From Thermoplasmata archaeon (GTDB lineage Archaea; Thermoplasmatota; Thermoplasmata; GCA-020350865), in NCBI GenBank assembly GCA_020348445.1, contig CP070751.1, positions 4,886,101 to 4,950,100 on the forward strand: 64,000 nt of DNA, in the 5' to 3' direction. The position numbers and the translations under genes were made by a program. The notes beneath the pieces are model-generated. The model ran no database searches and was not told where the DNA came from. It was given only the letters and a program-made list of their open reading frames with translations. Positions within the stretch are counted from its first letter, which is position 1, and each line of letters begins with the position of its first letter. Shown here one piece after another: positions 8,101 through 15,587 of this stretch.

Positions 8101-10845
8101 CTCTATGACAATATGGTTGTAAACAATCTAGTGGGCATAAATGTAGAGGAATCTGTGGGTAATTTGATATATCGCAACAATTTCAAAGACAATGTTGACC
8201 AAGCATGTTGCGAGCCCGACTGCGGTTGTGCTGATAATGATAACTTCTGGCATCACCCCGATCTGCTGGAAGGCAATTACTGGTCTGATTATCCAGGTGC
8301 TGACGACGGAAGCGGTACAGGGAAACATGCAATTGCAGGTGACGCAATAGGCGACACCGATTTACCGTGGGGATGCTATGACGACTATCCATTCGTGATA
8401 GAAAACGCATGGATAGGAGGAATAGAGCATGCGCCTTTTGCCAGTGCAAATGGTCCATATTCCGTGGACGAAGGTTCGCCTGTTAATTTCGATGCATCAG
8501 ATTCTTACGACCTCGACGGCGATCCACTAGAATACAGATGGGATATGGATGGTGATGGCATATGGGATACCCCATGGAGTACCAGTCCCTACGCAACGTA
8601 CACTTGGTACGACGATTATACTGGGATTGCTATAGTTGAGGTAACCGATGGTACATATTCAGATACTCACTCTACCAATGTCATCGTGAACAATGTCGCA
8701 CCTACAGCAGATTTTGGGAATAATGGGCCAAAGGATGAGGGGAGCACGGTGACAGTATCGTTCACCAACCAGTACGATCCCGGTCTTTTCGATACGGTCT
8801 TCACGTACTCATTCGACTGGGAAAATGATGGCACATATGATATTGTAGACCAGACAGGTTCCTCAGCCACGCATACCTGGAACGACAACGGGATCTTCAC
8901 CGTGAAAGGAAAAATCATGGACAAGGACGGTGGATATACCGAATACACCACCGATGTCACCGTGAACAATGTTGCACCAACCGTAGATGCGGGTTCTGAT
9001 CAAGCTGCAGACGAAGGAGACACTGTTTCATTCTCAGGCACATTCACAGATCCCGGCTCTGAGGATACACATACCATAGAATGGGATTACAACTATGACG
9101 GAATAACATTTACAGTGGATGATTCCGGTTCCTTAACAACAAGTACCGTGTTTGCTGATAACGGTGTTTTCATTGTGGCATTGAGGGTAACAGACGATGA
9201 TGGTGATGAAGGATTGGACACCCTCACAGTCACGGTGAGCAATGTTCCACCTATTGCAATTGCTGAGGTTTCGCAATACGTTGTTGATGAAGGCACTCCT
9301 TTGAATTTCTATGGAAGCCAAATTGATCCCGGAGCTGACACGTTCACATATCTTTGGGAGTTTGGTGATGGCGGCAGTAGCACCGATCAAAATCCAACGT
9401 ATGTGTATATGGATAACGGTGTGTATACTGTCGATTTCACAGTAACAGACGATGATGGTGATTCAGGCACCACGACATTAACGATATACGTAATTGACCA
9501 AGCACCAATAGCTGATGCAGGTCCAGACAGAACAGTAACCATAGTTGATGTAGTGACCTTCGATGCCTCTGGATCTTCGAGCTATCCAGATCCTTTGACA
9601 TTATATGCGTGGGACTACGACGGCGATGGGGAGTTTGATGCCACTGGACTTGTGGTGACGCATACCTTTGATAAAGTAGGTATATATACCGTGATTCTAA
9701 CTGTCACCGATGATGACGGAAGCATGGATACAGATACCGCGATAATCACGGTGCTTGCCCCAGGAGTGGACCTACTTCCAAGCGAGGTCACATTTTCACC
9801 AGAAAGTCCGGTAGATATAGGAGTTTCAGTGACAATTTCTGCAGATATCACGAATTTCGGTGCAACCGATGCTGCCAGTGTAATCGTAAGATTCTACGAC
9901 GGAAATCCTGATGAGAATGGGGACGGCAGCCCTGATACCGGAGCTGTTCAAATAGGAAGCGATATCGTATTTTCCAGCATCGCATCAGAAGAGACTGTTT
10001 TCGCTTCTGTAACATGGACTTCGACGCTAGGTTATCATGATATCTATGTTTGGGCAGATCCCGACAATTATGTTCCTGAATACGATGATACAAACAACCA
10101 GGCATTTGATATGATCCTTGTAGGGCCAGATCTTGTTCCCAGCAACCTGGTATTTTCACCGGAAAGTCCAGTAGGTGAGGGAGATACAGTCACAATTTCC
10201 GTGGATATCACAAATGAAGGAGGTACCACAGTCACCAATGTTCTCGTTCGATTCTACGAAGAATATCCGGATGCAAACGACGACGGTTTCGAGGATCCAA
10301 GTGCCGATCAGATAGGTGATGTAATAATACCAAGCCTTGGCCCAGGAGCCACGACCACAGTTACAATGACATGGATTCCATCTAGCATAGGCACATATGA
10401 AATCTCAGTATGGGTGGACCCAGCAATCCAGCCAGATCATAATGGAGCGATATTGGAAGCAATAGAAACGAACAACATCGCATCGGAAGTAATGAACGTC
10501 GGACCCGATCTCTCAATCGTATTCACAGACATTTCATTCTCAGATAATCCAGCTTCAGAAGGGACCATTGTCACGATAACGGCAGTAATCCACAACGATG
10601 GTGGACAGGATGCAAATGATGTTGTGGTCAACATTTATGACAATGAGAAAAAGAAGAAGAACCTGATTGGCAGCATCACCATATCCACTATACCTGCAGG
10701 TGATTCATATACAGTGACCATCACGTTCGATACTACCGGGGAAGCTGGATATCACAATATTTGGGTGGTAATAGATCCCAAGGACGATATCGAAGAGTAC
10801 GACGAAACCAATAACGAAGCTTACAATGTGTTGAACGTTGTATAA
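2101..10845 (+). CDS. Giant exported protein (2914 aa): right-handed parallel beta-helix (NosD/PbH1-type) modules + 5 PKD + 3 CARDB domains
   Basis: N-terminal hydrophobic segment (ILAFLCVFVVATVIAVAV); dozens of ~22-aa GIxLxxSxxNxIxxN coils; two GNYWSDY...DxIGDT caps; NNVAP..DEG..WD.GDG..VTDDDG PKD units; GPDL...SPESP CARDB units; AGGAGGA RBS. Confidence 0.9.
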   Translation: MKPKIILAFLCVFVVATVIAVAVNVGVQIGDTTPNDLDGGGMVTKEQPEPGEELPEMMPEDVSSTETVDEENLPVNPPEEEPKNELYYDDWIVSEEIIIENSRITVDGNIVVTSTGSLILKNVELTCHDVNIEAGGNFWIDPSVVISHDVYVGSGSTLTLIATTWMMDCTYDGQYGIQVNSSATMIIKSGSIITAVNPDYEYWFKVNNGAVFEMRDSELHECGWQWPPGGLEINTPNVIIDNNLISNNYYGFLLTSDNNYIANNTITDNQRGMYVYGSNNNLIVNNIVTNNVGRGINLGYYSDNNLITDNWCSGNTIGIRVGHYNDNNLITDNTCFSNSQWGINLYLSDSNIITNNNVSNNAGGIGLESSNNNLVYHNNIIGNSVQANDDAPANNDWHDTGLLEGNYWSDYTGVDDGSGMGKHADQGDGIGDTLIPHPTTDYDFYPLVHSWGSVININTGEIFPAIQPAIDDSNTLNGHMIKVYGGTYHENVKVYKEVYVIGEGWDVTTVEAFDPNDHGFYVTADFTRIAGFKVTGATGGSPYFASGIYFDDIDLFDCIYNNLTGNHYGIYAEDCYKGLIGHNSVSQNHFGIYPAYNNDQNLISQNVANFNTYYGIVLWSGSDYNTISHNSVRYNGAGGITLGFSDWNAIYSNEAKNNKYGIEFQQPSDNNTIKLNTIMYNEHGINLKGSSSNTIEKNTITNNDYGIYLRLSSLYNEVHYNNINGDDNKYYGIYANPDSPVNATLNWWGHPSGPYDPSDDTGSGGWYNPFGLGDNVSDYVEYDPWLGAPFNTLYVDDDATGFEDGSLAHPYNTITEAVNNAMPGYNVFIFDGTYYENVVINKILTFYSNTAGIHLNGHLTIVSGGSLTLKCFKLMMNSTVMGEFGIYVNHGGKLFIMGSPGTPSIITNGVNASAYYEFQVRNGSKFEMFDSEVEYAGHAWNLPEYNEAGLWINTDNVLIHNSEIHHNNYHGLILYNSSGHHIINCTIHHNSWSGIWGRNSQNNLIDENTIYNNGWDGIRLSNAAGSVINQNTINSNGDDGIDVSSGTVIIGNVVNNAADNGIEVSNSPFSLIIANIVTNSGDDGILIKNSPNSIIFDNMAKFNDVPVDDGTGLVVLDSDNCQITYNILEENWRGMYLQDSDYCTISNNAVNYNSGDHGIELYQAYHSTITNNTANNNGYTGITAPTVDIIYNNTANDNGNDGISITSSPNIELHHNTVIDNGDDGIAVSSSHDIIIHNNSAYDNGDDGIVVSSSEYAIIKDNMASDNHGDGVSVSSSQGTVIYNVIATGNGHVGIRVTHSKDSKITDNTASFSGHGIYVGSSSDCLIDNNYANNCGDDGIIVSGSPRCVISNNFANLNNVASDIGTGFVVLSSAETEIKYNEAILNYRGMYVENSLSCDIHDNEVNENTWYGVHLYYSDNSTITGNNVSFNSGEWDSVGVYLSYSDDPVITSNLISSNWHGLKLWHSHDSTITHNEVNMNSRSGISLEYSGKVSTNPLIYDNTANSNGGSGISLTHSDYVDIDFNVAMFNSRGISLTSSDHVTITDNTANSNGYGIYLGGSNHNVIYNNYAERIGGAGTYGIYLRSSSNNNISHNYAKYNYFGISLVWSSNHNTVLLNDVRFCIDYGAYLYRAHHNTLDQNDFETSNGIGVYLEQSDNNDITYNNVMFASNYGISLFESDLNTMFKNTAEYCDIGISLRWSHYNDIISNWVDNNNNIGVDLWLSDNNTVTDNSVDNNPNYGIHLYSSDNNLIIDNDANSNGIGIYLDWSKNNIIDSNTATLNNLIGIAVFWESDGNIIIDNNANFNVNESIRISYSDNNLVEDNQASGSIIGIHLDWSDNNIVQYNNADNNVVGIRCEWFSDNNVIEDNSATGGVIGISLEWSSLNDVIGNDASYNNVSIMLEWYSDINTILDNIACYSDFGIYLDWYCDNNSILYNNASYNVLNGITLEKSEYNFVDNNTIISNDIGLKLTSGHNNIIGFNFFMLNNIAIFLDPSNYNILYDNMVVNNLVGINVEESVGNLIYRNNFKDNVDQACCEPDCGCADNDNFWHHPDLLEGNYWSDYPGADDGSGTGKHAIAGDAIGDTDLPWGCYDDYPFVIENAWIGGIEHAPFASANGPYSVDEGSPVNFDASDSYDLDGDPLEYRWDMDGDGIWDTPWSTSPYATYTWYDDYTGIAIVEVTDGTYSDTHSTNVIVNNVAPTADFGNNGPKDEGSTVTVSFTNQYDPGLFDTVFTYSFDWENDGTYDIVDQTGSSATHTWNDNGIFTVKGKIMDKDGGYTEYTTDVTVNNVAPTVDAGSDQAADEGDTVSFSGTFTDPGSEDTHTIEWDYNYDGITFTVDDSGSLTTSTVFADNGVFIVALRVTDDDGDEGLDTLTVTVSNVPPIAIAEVSQYVVDEGTPLNFYGSQIDPGADTFTYLWEFGDGGSSTDQNPTYVYMDNGVYTVDFTVTDDDGDSGTTTLTIYVIDQAPIADAGPDRTVTIVDVVTFDASGSSSYPDPLTLYAWDYDGDGEFDATGLVVTHTFDKVGIYTVILTVTDDDGSMDTDTAIITVLAPGVDLLPSEVTFSPESPVDIGVSVTISADITNFGATDAASVIVRFYDGNPDENGDGSPDTGAVQIGSDIVFSSIASEETVFASVTWTSTLGYHDIYVWADPDNYVPEYDDTNNQAFDMILVGPDLVPSNLVFSPESPVGEGDTVTISVDITNEGGTTVTNVLVRFYEEYPDANDDGFEDPSADQIGDVIIPSLGPGATTTVTMTWIPSSIGTYEISVWVDPAIQPDHNGAILEAIETNNIASEVMNVGPDLSIVFTDISFSDNPASEGTIVTITAVIHNDGGQDANDVVVNIYDNEKKKKNLIGSITISTIPAGDSYTVTITFDTTGEAGYHNIWVVIDPKDDIEEYDETNNEAYNVLNVV

Positions 10846-10953
10846 TATAACTGAGAAACAGTTGATAGGAATAACCGAAGACTGGTGTAGCATCTGCTTT
10901 ATCGACAAAAATTTAATATGCACCCACCACCTTTGGGAACCCTGGGATGAACC

Positions 10954-11607
10954 ATGGTGAAAATCGCTCCTTCAATTTTATCTGCAGATTTCGGGAATCT
11001 AGCCTCCGCTTTGAAAGAAGCTGAGCAGGGAGGTGCAGACATGATCCACATCGACGTTATGGACGGCAATTTTGTTTCCAATATAACCATTGGACCAGTT
11101 GTAATCGCGGGTGTTAGGAATGTGACAAAACTGCCTTTTGATGTACATCTTATGATCAACAATCCAGAAAAATACATTTCTGACTATGTAAAAGCTGGAA
11201 GTGACATTCTAACTGTTCATGCCGAGGCTTCAGACCACCTCCATGGCGTGATCCAGAAAATAAAGAAACAGGATATCAAAGCAGGAGTGGCATTGAATCC
11301 CTCCACACCTATTAGCGTATTAGAGAATGTTATGGGGGACATCGACATGGTGGTCATAATGACCGTGAACCCAGGTTTCGGTGGTCAGAAATTCATTGAA
11401 TCCATTGTTCCCAAGATAAGGGATACAAAGGAAGCAATAAAAAAGAGCGGATTTAATATCGAATTACAAGTGGATGGCGGAATCTCCCCGAAAAATGCCA
11501 AGATAGCAGCAGATGCCGGAGCAGATATTCTCGTGGCTGGCAGTGCTATATTCAAGGGGGAAGGGACCATAAAGGAGAATATAGCCGCGATTAAGGGTGC
11601 ATTATAA
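10954..11607 (+). CDS. rpe: Ribulose-phosphate 3-epimerase
   Basis: IAPSILSADF, HIDVMDGNFV, DVHLMI, MTVNPGFGGQKF, LQVDGGI, VAGSAIF. Confidence 0.97.
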   Translation: MVKIAPSILSADFGNLASALKEAEQGGADMIHIDVMDGNFVSNITIGPVVIAGVRNVTKLPFDVHLMINNPEKYISDYVKAGSDILTVHAEASDHLHGVIQKIKKQDIKAGVALNPSTPISVLENVMGDIDMVVIMTVNPGFGGQKFIESIVPKIRDTKEAIKKSGFNIELQVDGGISPKNAKIAADAGADILVAGSAIFKGEGTIKENIAAIKGAL

Positions 11608-11634
11608 GGATATCATGTTTTTGGATAAATTCTC

Positions 11635-12660
11635 CTAAATGATCTCGTCGAACTTATAGTCCTCCCATTTTGCCTCCCCTAAGACAATTCTCAACTCCTG
11701 CGGTGTTAGCATTGGAGCCTCGTACATCAAATAATCATCAATTGCGATCCTAGGGCATGCAGTTGACACGTAGGCATCGATTTTAAAAGGTTTCAAGTGT
11801 ATGGGTGAGAATTGGTTCAAAATCAGAATATACCCCTTCTTTTGGTGTTTTTCCAATAACTTTTTCAGTTCATATGCCATTTCTAATCGGGTTTGACCAG
11901 GTTTTGTACCAACAAGGATTCCATAACTACTTGCATCCTTTGCCCTGGCAATTGCTCCATGTCTCTGTCTTAAAAATCTCTCAATTAAGGACCCGGTTTC
12001 CCTCACCTCGTTTTGATATGGATCAGCTATGAAAACAGGTTTTTTAGTGACTATTGCCACTCCCAAAGCATGAAAATTCCCGCTACCGATAAATAGATAA
12101 CAATCAATCAGAGAAGAAATCGTGGTTGCACTTGAAATATCGCATCCCAAAACCTGACCATTGTTTTCGGATCTAAAGGAGCCCTTACCGATTCTTGTAG
12201 AAAAACCGTTTTTGGTAAGAAAATTCTTGACCTCTTGGAGCTTGTGAATATGTTGAACTGTGCTTATTATGCCAACCGTACCATTAAGATGTTTCATAGC
12301 CTTTTTAACGATTGGTATAACATCCAAGTCTGATTGGGCCTCTATGAACATTGTGGGAACAGAACATGTTATATTCGGAATGTTAGAATGACCGAACTGC
12401 ACAAGAAGATCAATTTTAAGATCACTTAGTGATAAAGGGATATCGCATGCTCCAAAGCAAGGATCAGCAGATATAATAACGGTGGCATCTGTTCTTTCCT
12501 CAATTATATCCCTGACATCTGTTGCAATTTTTTTCAGTCCCTCAGGAAACTGGATGAGGATGATTTTATACCGATTCTCCATTACAGTATCGAAAATTTC
12601 TTGGAGTCTGAGATCGTAATCAAACTTCTTTGTATCATGCGATTTTGAGTTGCCTATCAT
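11635..12660 (-). CDS. dph2: Diphthamide biosynthesis enzyme Dph2 (2-(3-amino-3-carboxypropyl)histidine synthase)
   Basis: IQFPEGLK, PCFGACD, GQVLGCD, GSGNFH, KPGQ, STACPRIAIDD, with the three Fe-S cysteines. Confidence 0.95.
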   Translation of the reverse strand: MIGNSKSHDTKKFDYDLRLQEIFDTVMENRYKIILIQFPEGLKKIATDVRDIIEERTDATVIISADPCFGACDIPLSLSDLKIDLLVQFGHSNIPNITCSVPTMFIEAQSDLDVIPIVKKAMKHLNGTVGIISTVQHIHKLQEVKNFLTKNGFSTRIGKGSFRSENNGQVLGCDISSATTISSLIDCYLFIGSGNFHALGVAIVTKKPVFIADPYQNEVRETGSLIERFLRQRHGAIARAKDASSYGILVGTKPGQTRLEMAYELKKLLEKHQKKGYILILNQFSPIHLKPFKIDAYVSTACPRIAIDDYLMYEAPMLTPQELRIVLGEAKWEDYKFDEII

Positions 12661-12663
12661 ATA

Positions 12664-14136
12664 TCACACAACCTGCGTCTTAAGCACCACAGTATTTGCC
12701 ACCATATCCCCTATCCTCTGACTTTTAGGATATCTGCTCATTAAAAGCAAACTCACGGCATAAATAAACATCGTCATATCAAGAAGCCGAACCACATTTC
12801 TTGTGAAAGCATCCATAAACCCACATTTTCCCCGCTCGTCCGTTGCGACCTTAATGCCTACCAGCCTCTTGCCTGGGGTATGTCCAAATGCACCCTCGAA
12901 AATTGTAAAGTACACGACCTGAGCCACCCACAACCACATAATGAAGGCAATAAACCAGATGGACATAAGAAGCACACGAAGGTCTGTTAGATCGTAAAGA
13001 CCCGCAACACCCCCAACATATAAAAATGGTATCATTATCCCGATGATGATCGATATATCAATTAAGAAGGCCACTATCCTCTGAGAAGACGTGGCATAAA
13101 GTCTCCTCTCCACTCTGTTTAACTCGCGAATAATATGTCTTGCAGTCATTTGAGCACGAAGGGCATCATCCTCTGTTATATTACCTAATCTTGCCGAATT
13201 TACAAGCAGCCAGTAATCGTTTCTTATATAGGGGTGCACGGAAAGTACATCCAGTATTACATATGGACTTTGAGCTATTTTGAATTTGCTCCCTAAATCC
13301 GTAATCTTCATATCAACGGCCCTTAAAGAGGTTTTGAAAGCACCTTCAAAATCACCGCTTTCTGCCTTTTTCCCCGCCATAGATAGGGTATTTTTCAGGT
13401 TTTTATCAAAGGCTCTCGAAGGTGAGAGCTCAGGCTTCGAATGTCTCAGTATACGGGGTGCTAGGAAAAATAAGGGAGCAATTGCAATAAGTCCTGCCAA
13501 AAACACCAAGTCAAGCCCTCCTGCACCGCCAATGGAGCCTGCGGCAAAGGGTAAACCCATCTCCTCCCTTATCTCCTCGAGTCCTACCATAACCTGTGGT
13601 ATGCGGACGATATCTGCTCCGATGAGCACCCCAAATGTTGTTGTTGCGTACGCAAATGGAATTCCCATGGTGATCTTCTTTCTGTAGACCAACAAAGCCA
13701 AGGCAATGGCAGAAAAAGATGGGAACAGGAAATAAGGAAATTCCGAAACTATCCCCAGAGGGGGCCGAAATTCCGTGGTCATATATGTTATCAATCCGAT
13801 TATCGCAACCGCACCTATTACAGCAGGCATGTTCAGTTTCTTGATTTTTATAAGATACAATGAAAGTACAATAGGTATTATGGCTCCCCCCAAATCAATG
13901 GCCAATAAAGAGCCTTGGTATATTAACAATGGTACACCGTACAATCCGAGAGGGCCCAATACTATCCCAACCAATCCACCTACCAAAAGGAGTCCCACCT
14001 CCCTTCTACCCAATCCGCATTTTTCTAATAAGCCAGCATAATCCATATGACCGATGTACAGCTCCACAAATAGCAAAACTGGTATTGCTATGAATACGAC
14101 AACTGCAATCACATCTATCCATTGCGCATATTCCAT
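12664..14136 (-). CDS. DUF1614-family membrane domain fused through a helical (HEPN-like) linker to an RDD domain
   Basis: N-terminal multi-TM region with LAIDLGGAIIP, GVLIGADI and SIGGAGGLD (DUF1614-like); C-terminal QRIVAFLID...GHTPGKRLVGIKV...QRIGDMVANTVV (RDD). Start moved to the ATG at 14136. Confidence 0.75.
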   Translation of the reverse strand: MEYAQWIDVIAVVVFIAIPVLLFVELYIGHMDYAGLLEKCGLGRREVGLLLVGGLVGIVLGPLGLYGVPLLIYQGSLLAIDLGGAIIPIVLSLYLIKIKKLNMPAVIGAVAIIGLITYMTTEFRPPLGIVSEFPYFLFPSFSAIALALLVYRKKITMGIPFAYATTTFGVLIGADIVRIPQVMVGLEEIREEMGLPFAAGSIGGAGGLDLVFLAGLIAIAPLFFLAPRILRHSKPELSPSRAFDKNLKNTLSMAGKKAESGDFEGAFKTSLRAVDMKITDLGSKFKIAQSPYVILDVLSVHPYIRNDYWLLVNSARLGNITEDDALRAQMTARHIIRELNRVERRLYATSSQRIVAFLIDISIIIGIMIPFLYVGGVAGLYDLTDLRVLLMSIWFIAFIMWLWVAQVVYFTIFEGAFGHTPGKRLVGIKVATDERGKCGFMDAFTRNVVRLLDMTMFIYAVSLLLMSRYPKSQRIGDMVANTVVLKTQVV

Positions 14137-14228
14137 TGTGACACCCAAAAGCAGTAATTATTGATATCATTTGCCCAAAGTCATGGAAAAAAGATAAATT
14201 CTTCTATTATGCTGAAATAAGTTACTAC

Positions 14229-14612
14229 TCATTCCTCTTCTTTATGTCTGCTCCATACATCATCGGAAATTTCATCATAAATTGCATAATCTTCATTTGT
14301 TGGGACCTCATCAACGAGGTTTGCGAGCCGCAGAATCTCCCTCTTCTTTAATACCCAGTAATGTATACGCCAGATCTTGCCTTTTTTGATGGTTATCTGA
14401 TCCTGGAATGTGGTTAGTATTCCCACATCCTGGAGCGTGTAAAAAACGTCTCTATCTTTAGCTTTGAGAAGGTTGTCTGAGATGGTGTCTTCAAAACCAA
14501 AGAAGTTCATCACATATTCAGCCAGCTTTTTAACCTCTTCCTTCTCCATGCCCTTTTTGCCCAATGTGTTCATCAGGGCACGTTCCACATCCTGGACAGT
14601 GATGGTGGTCAT
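14229..14612 (-). CDS. DUF6015-family protein (Thermoplasmata-type, function unknown)
   Basis: FFGFEDTISDNLL...RDVFYTLQDVGIL...WRIHYWVL pattern; AGAGGA RBS. Confidence 0.7.
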   Translation of the reverse strand: MTTITVQDVERALMNTLGKKGMEKEEVKKLAEYVMNFFGFEDTISDNLLKAKDRDVFYTLQDVGILTTFQDQITIKKGKIWRIHYWVLKKREILRLANLVDEVPTNEDYAIYDEISDDVWSRHKEEE

Positions 14613-14773
14613 TTAAACATCCTCTGCAGGATCGCGATTTCATCCAAATATCGCATTGATACCAAATTCTGCGCAACCACCTAATCGATTATTCATTAAT
14701 GTAACTTTCGATTGGAATATCAGGGTGGATTTTTTAGAAATTCTGTGTTTTTAACGAAAAAACCGGGATACTC

Positions 14774-15079
14774 TCATCCATAAGCGAAGCCATCGTACTC
14801 CTTCGTACTTTTCTTTCCACCGCTTCGTTTTATTGATTTGCGCTGAGAGGCCTTCCTGCCTATAAAATGAAAATCCCTTCTAAGAAGCCTGATGAAAACC
14901 TTATCAGGCAGTGACTCGAGAGCGATTATACCCCGTGTTTGAAGGCGGGCAAGGCCCCTTTCCAACATCTTCTCAGAGATAGCAAGCTCCTTTCTAAGCT
15001 CCTCGGTGGTAATTGGGTAAACCTCCAAAAGGACCTCTATGATCCTCGCCTCCAAACTGCCTCGTTCTATTTCGATCAT
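14774..15079 (-). CDS. Small winged-HTH protein with a basic C-terminal tail
   Basis: LEARIIEVLLEVYPITTEELRKELAISEKMLERGLARLQTRGII helix-turn-helix pattern. Confidence 0.7.
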   Translation of the reverse strand: MIEIERGSLEARIIEVLLEVYPITTEELRKELAISEKMLERGLARLQTRGIIALESLPDKVFIRLLRRDFHFIGRKASQRKSIKRSGGKKSTKEYDGFAYG

Positions 15080-15156
15080 TATAACATAATCGAATTTAAG
15101 GTTAAATAATCTATCTGACGCTTGATATAATAACAGGAACGAAAAGTCTCACTTGC

Positions 15157-15459
15157 CTAGTAGTATTCAGCCCTTTCAGATACCAACTTCCTCAGTTTTC
15201 TGACTTTTTGCTTGCCGCCTGTGTTCACAAAGCTGGGAAAATATTTCAAAAGGACCATATCACCAACAGAATCTATCCAACGAAAGGGAATCAGTACGCT
15301 CCCAGATTCCTCAACGAGCAGCGGGTTCGTGTTTCTAACATATATGCCGTATATATTCCTGGTATCTACATCGACTACAATATTATCTACATTGCCCAGA
15401 TATAGGGCCTCGTTCGTGTAAACTTCTAACCCTAGGATTTCCATAAGTTCCGTCATCAT
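15157..15459 (-). CDS. PRC-barrel domain protein (resembles archaeal CdpB cell-division proteins)
   Basis: LGLEVYTNEALYLGNVDNIVVD...IPFRWIDSVGDMVLL is a PRC-barrel signature. Confidence 0.8.
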   Translation of the reverse strand: MMTELMEILGLEVYTNEALYLGNVDNIVVDVDTRNIYGIYVRNTNPLLVEESGSVLIPFRWIDSVGDMVLLKYFPSFVNTGGKQKVRKLRKLVSERAEYY

Positions 15460-15587
15460 GGTTATCAGGTTCGGTATGGTATTTGTATTATATCAAAATT
15501 ACGCAGGTTTGAAAGGGTATGTACCAATCAAAGAATTAATAACAATGTAGAGCATTTCCGTATCAGAATTTCAGTGGGGATATTGAT

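Noticed and set aside
10878-10900. GACTGGTGTAGC resembling a tRNA 5' end
   Set aside because: No T-arm (GTTCRA), anticodon arm or acceptor-stem pairing follows.
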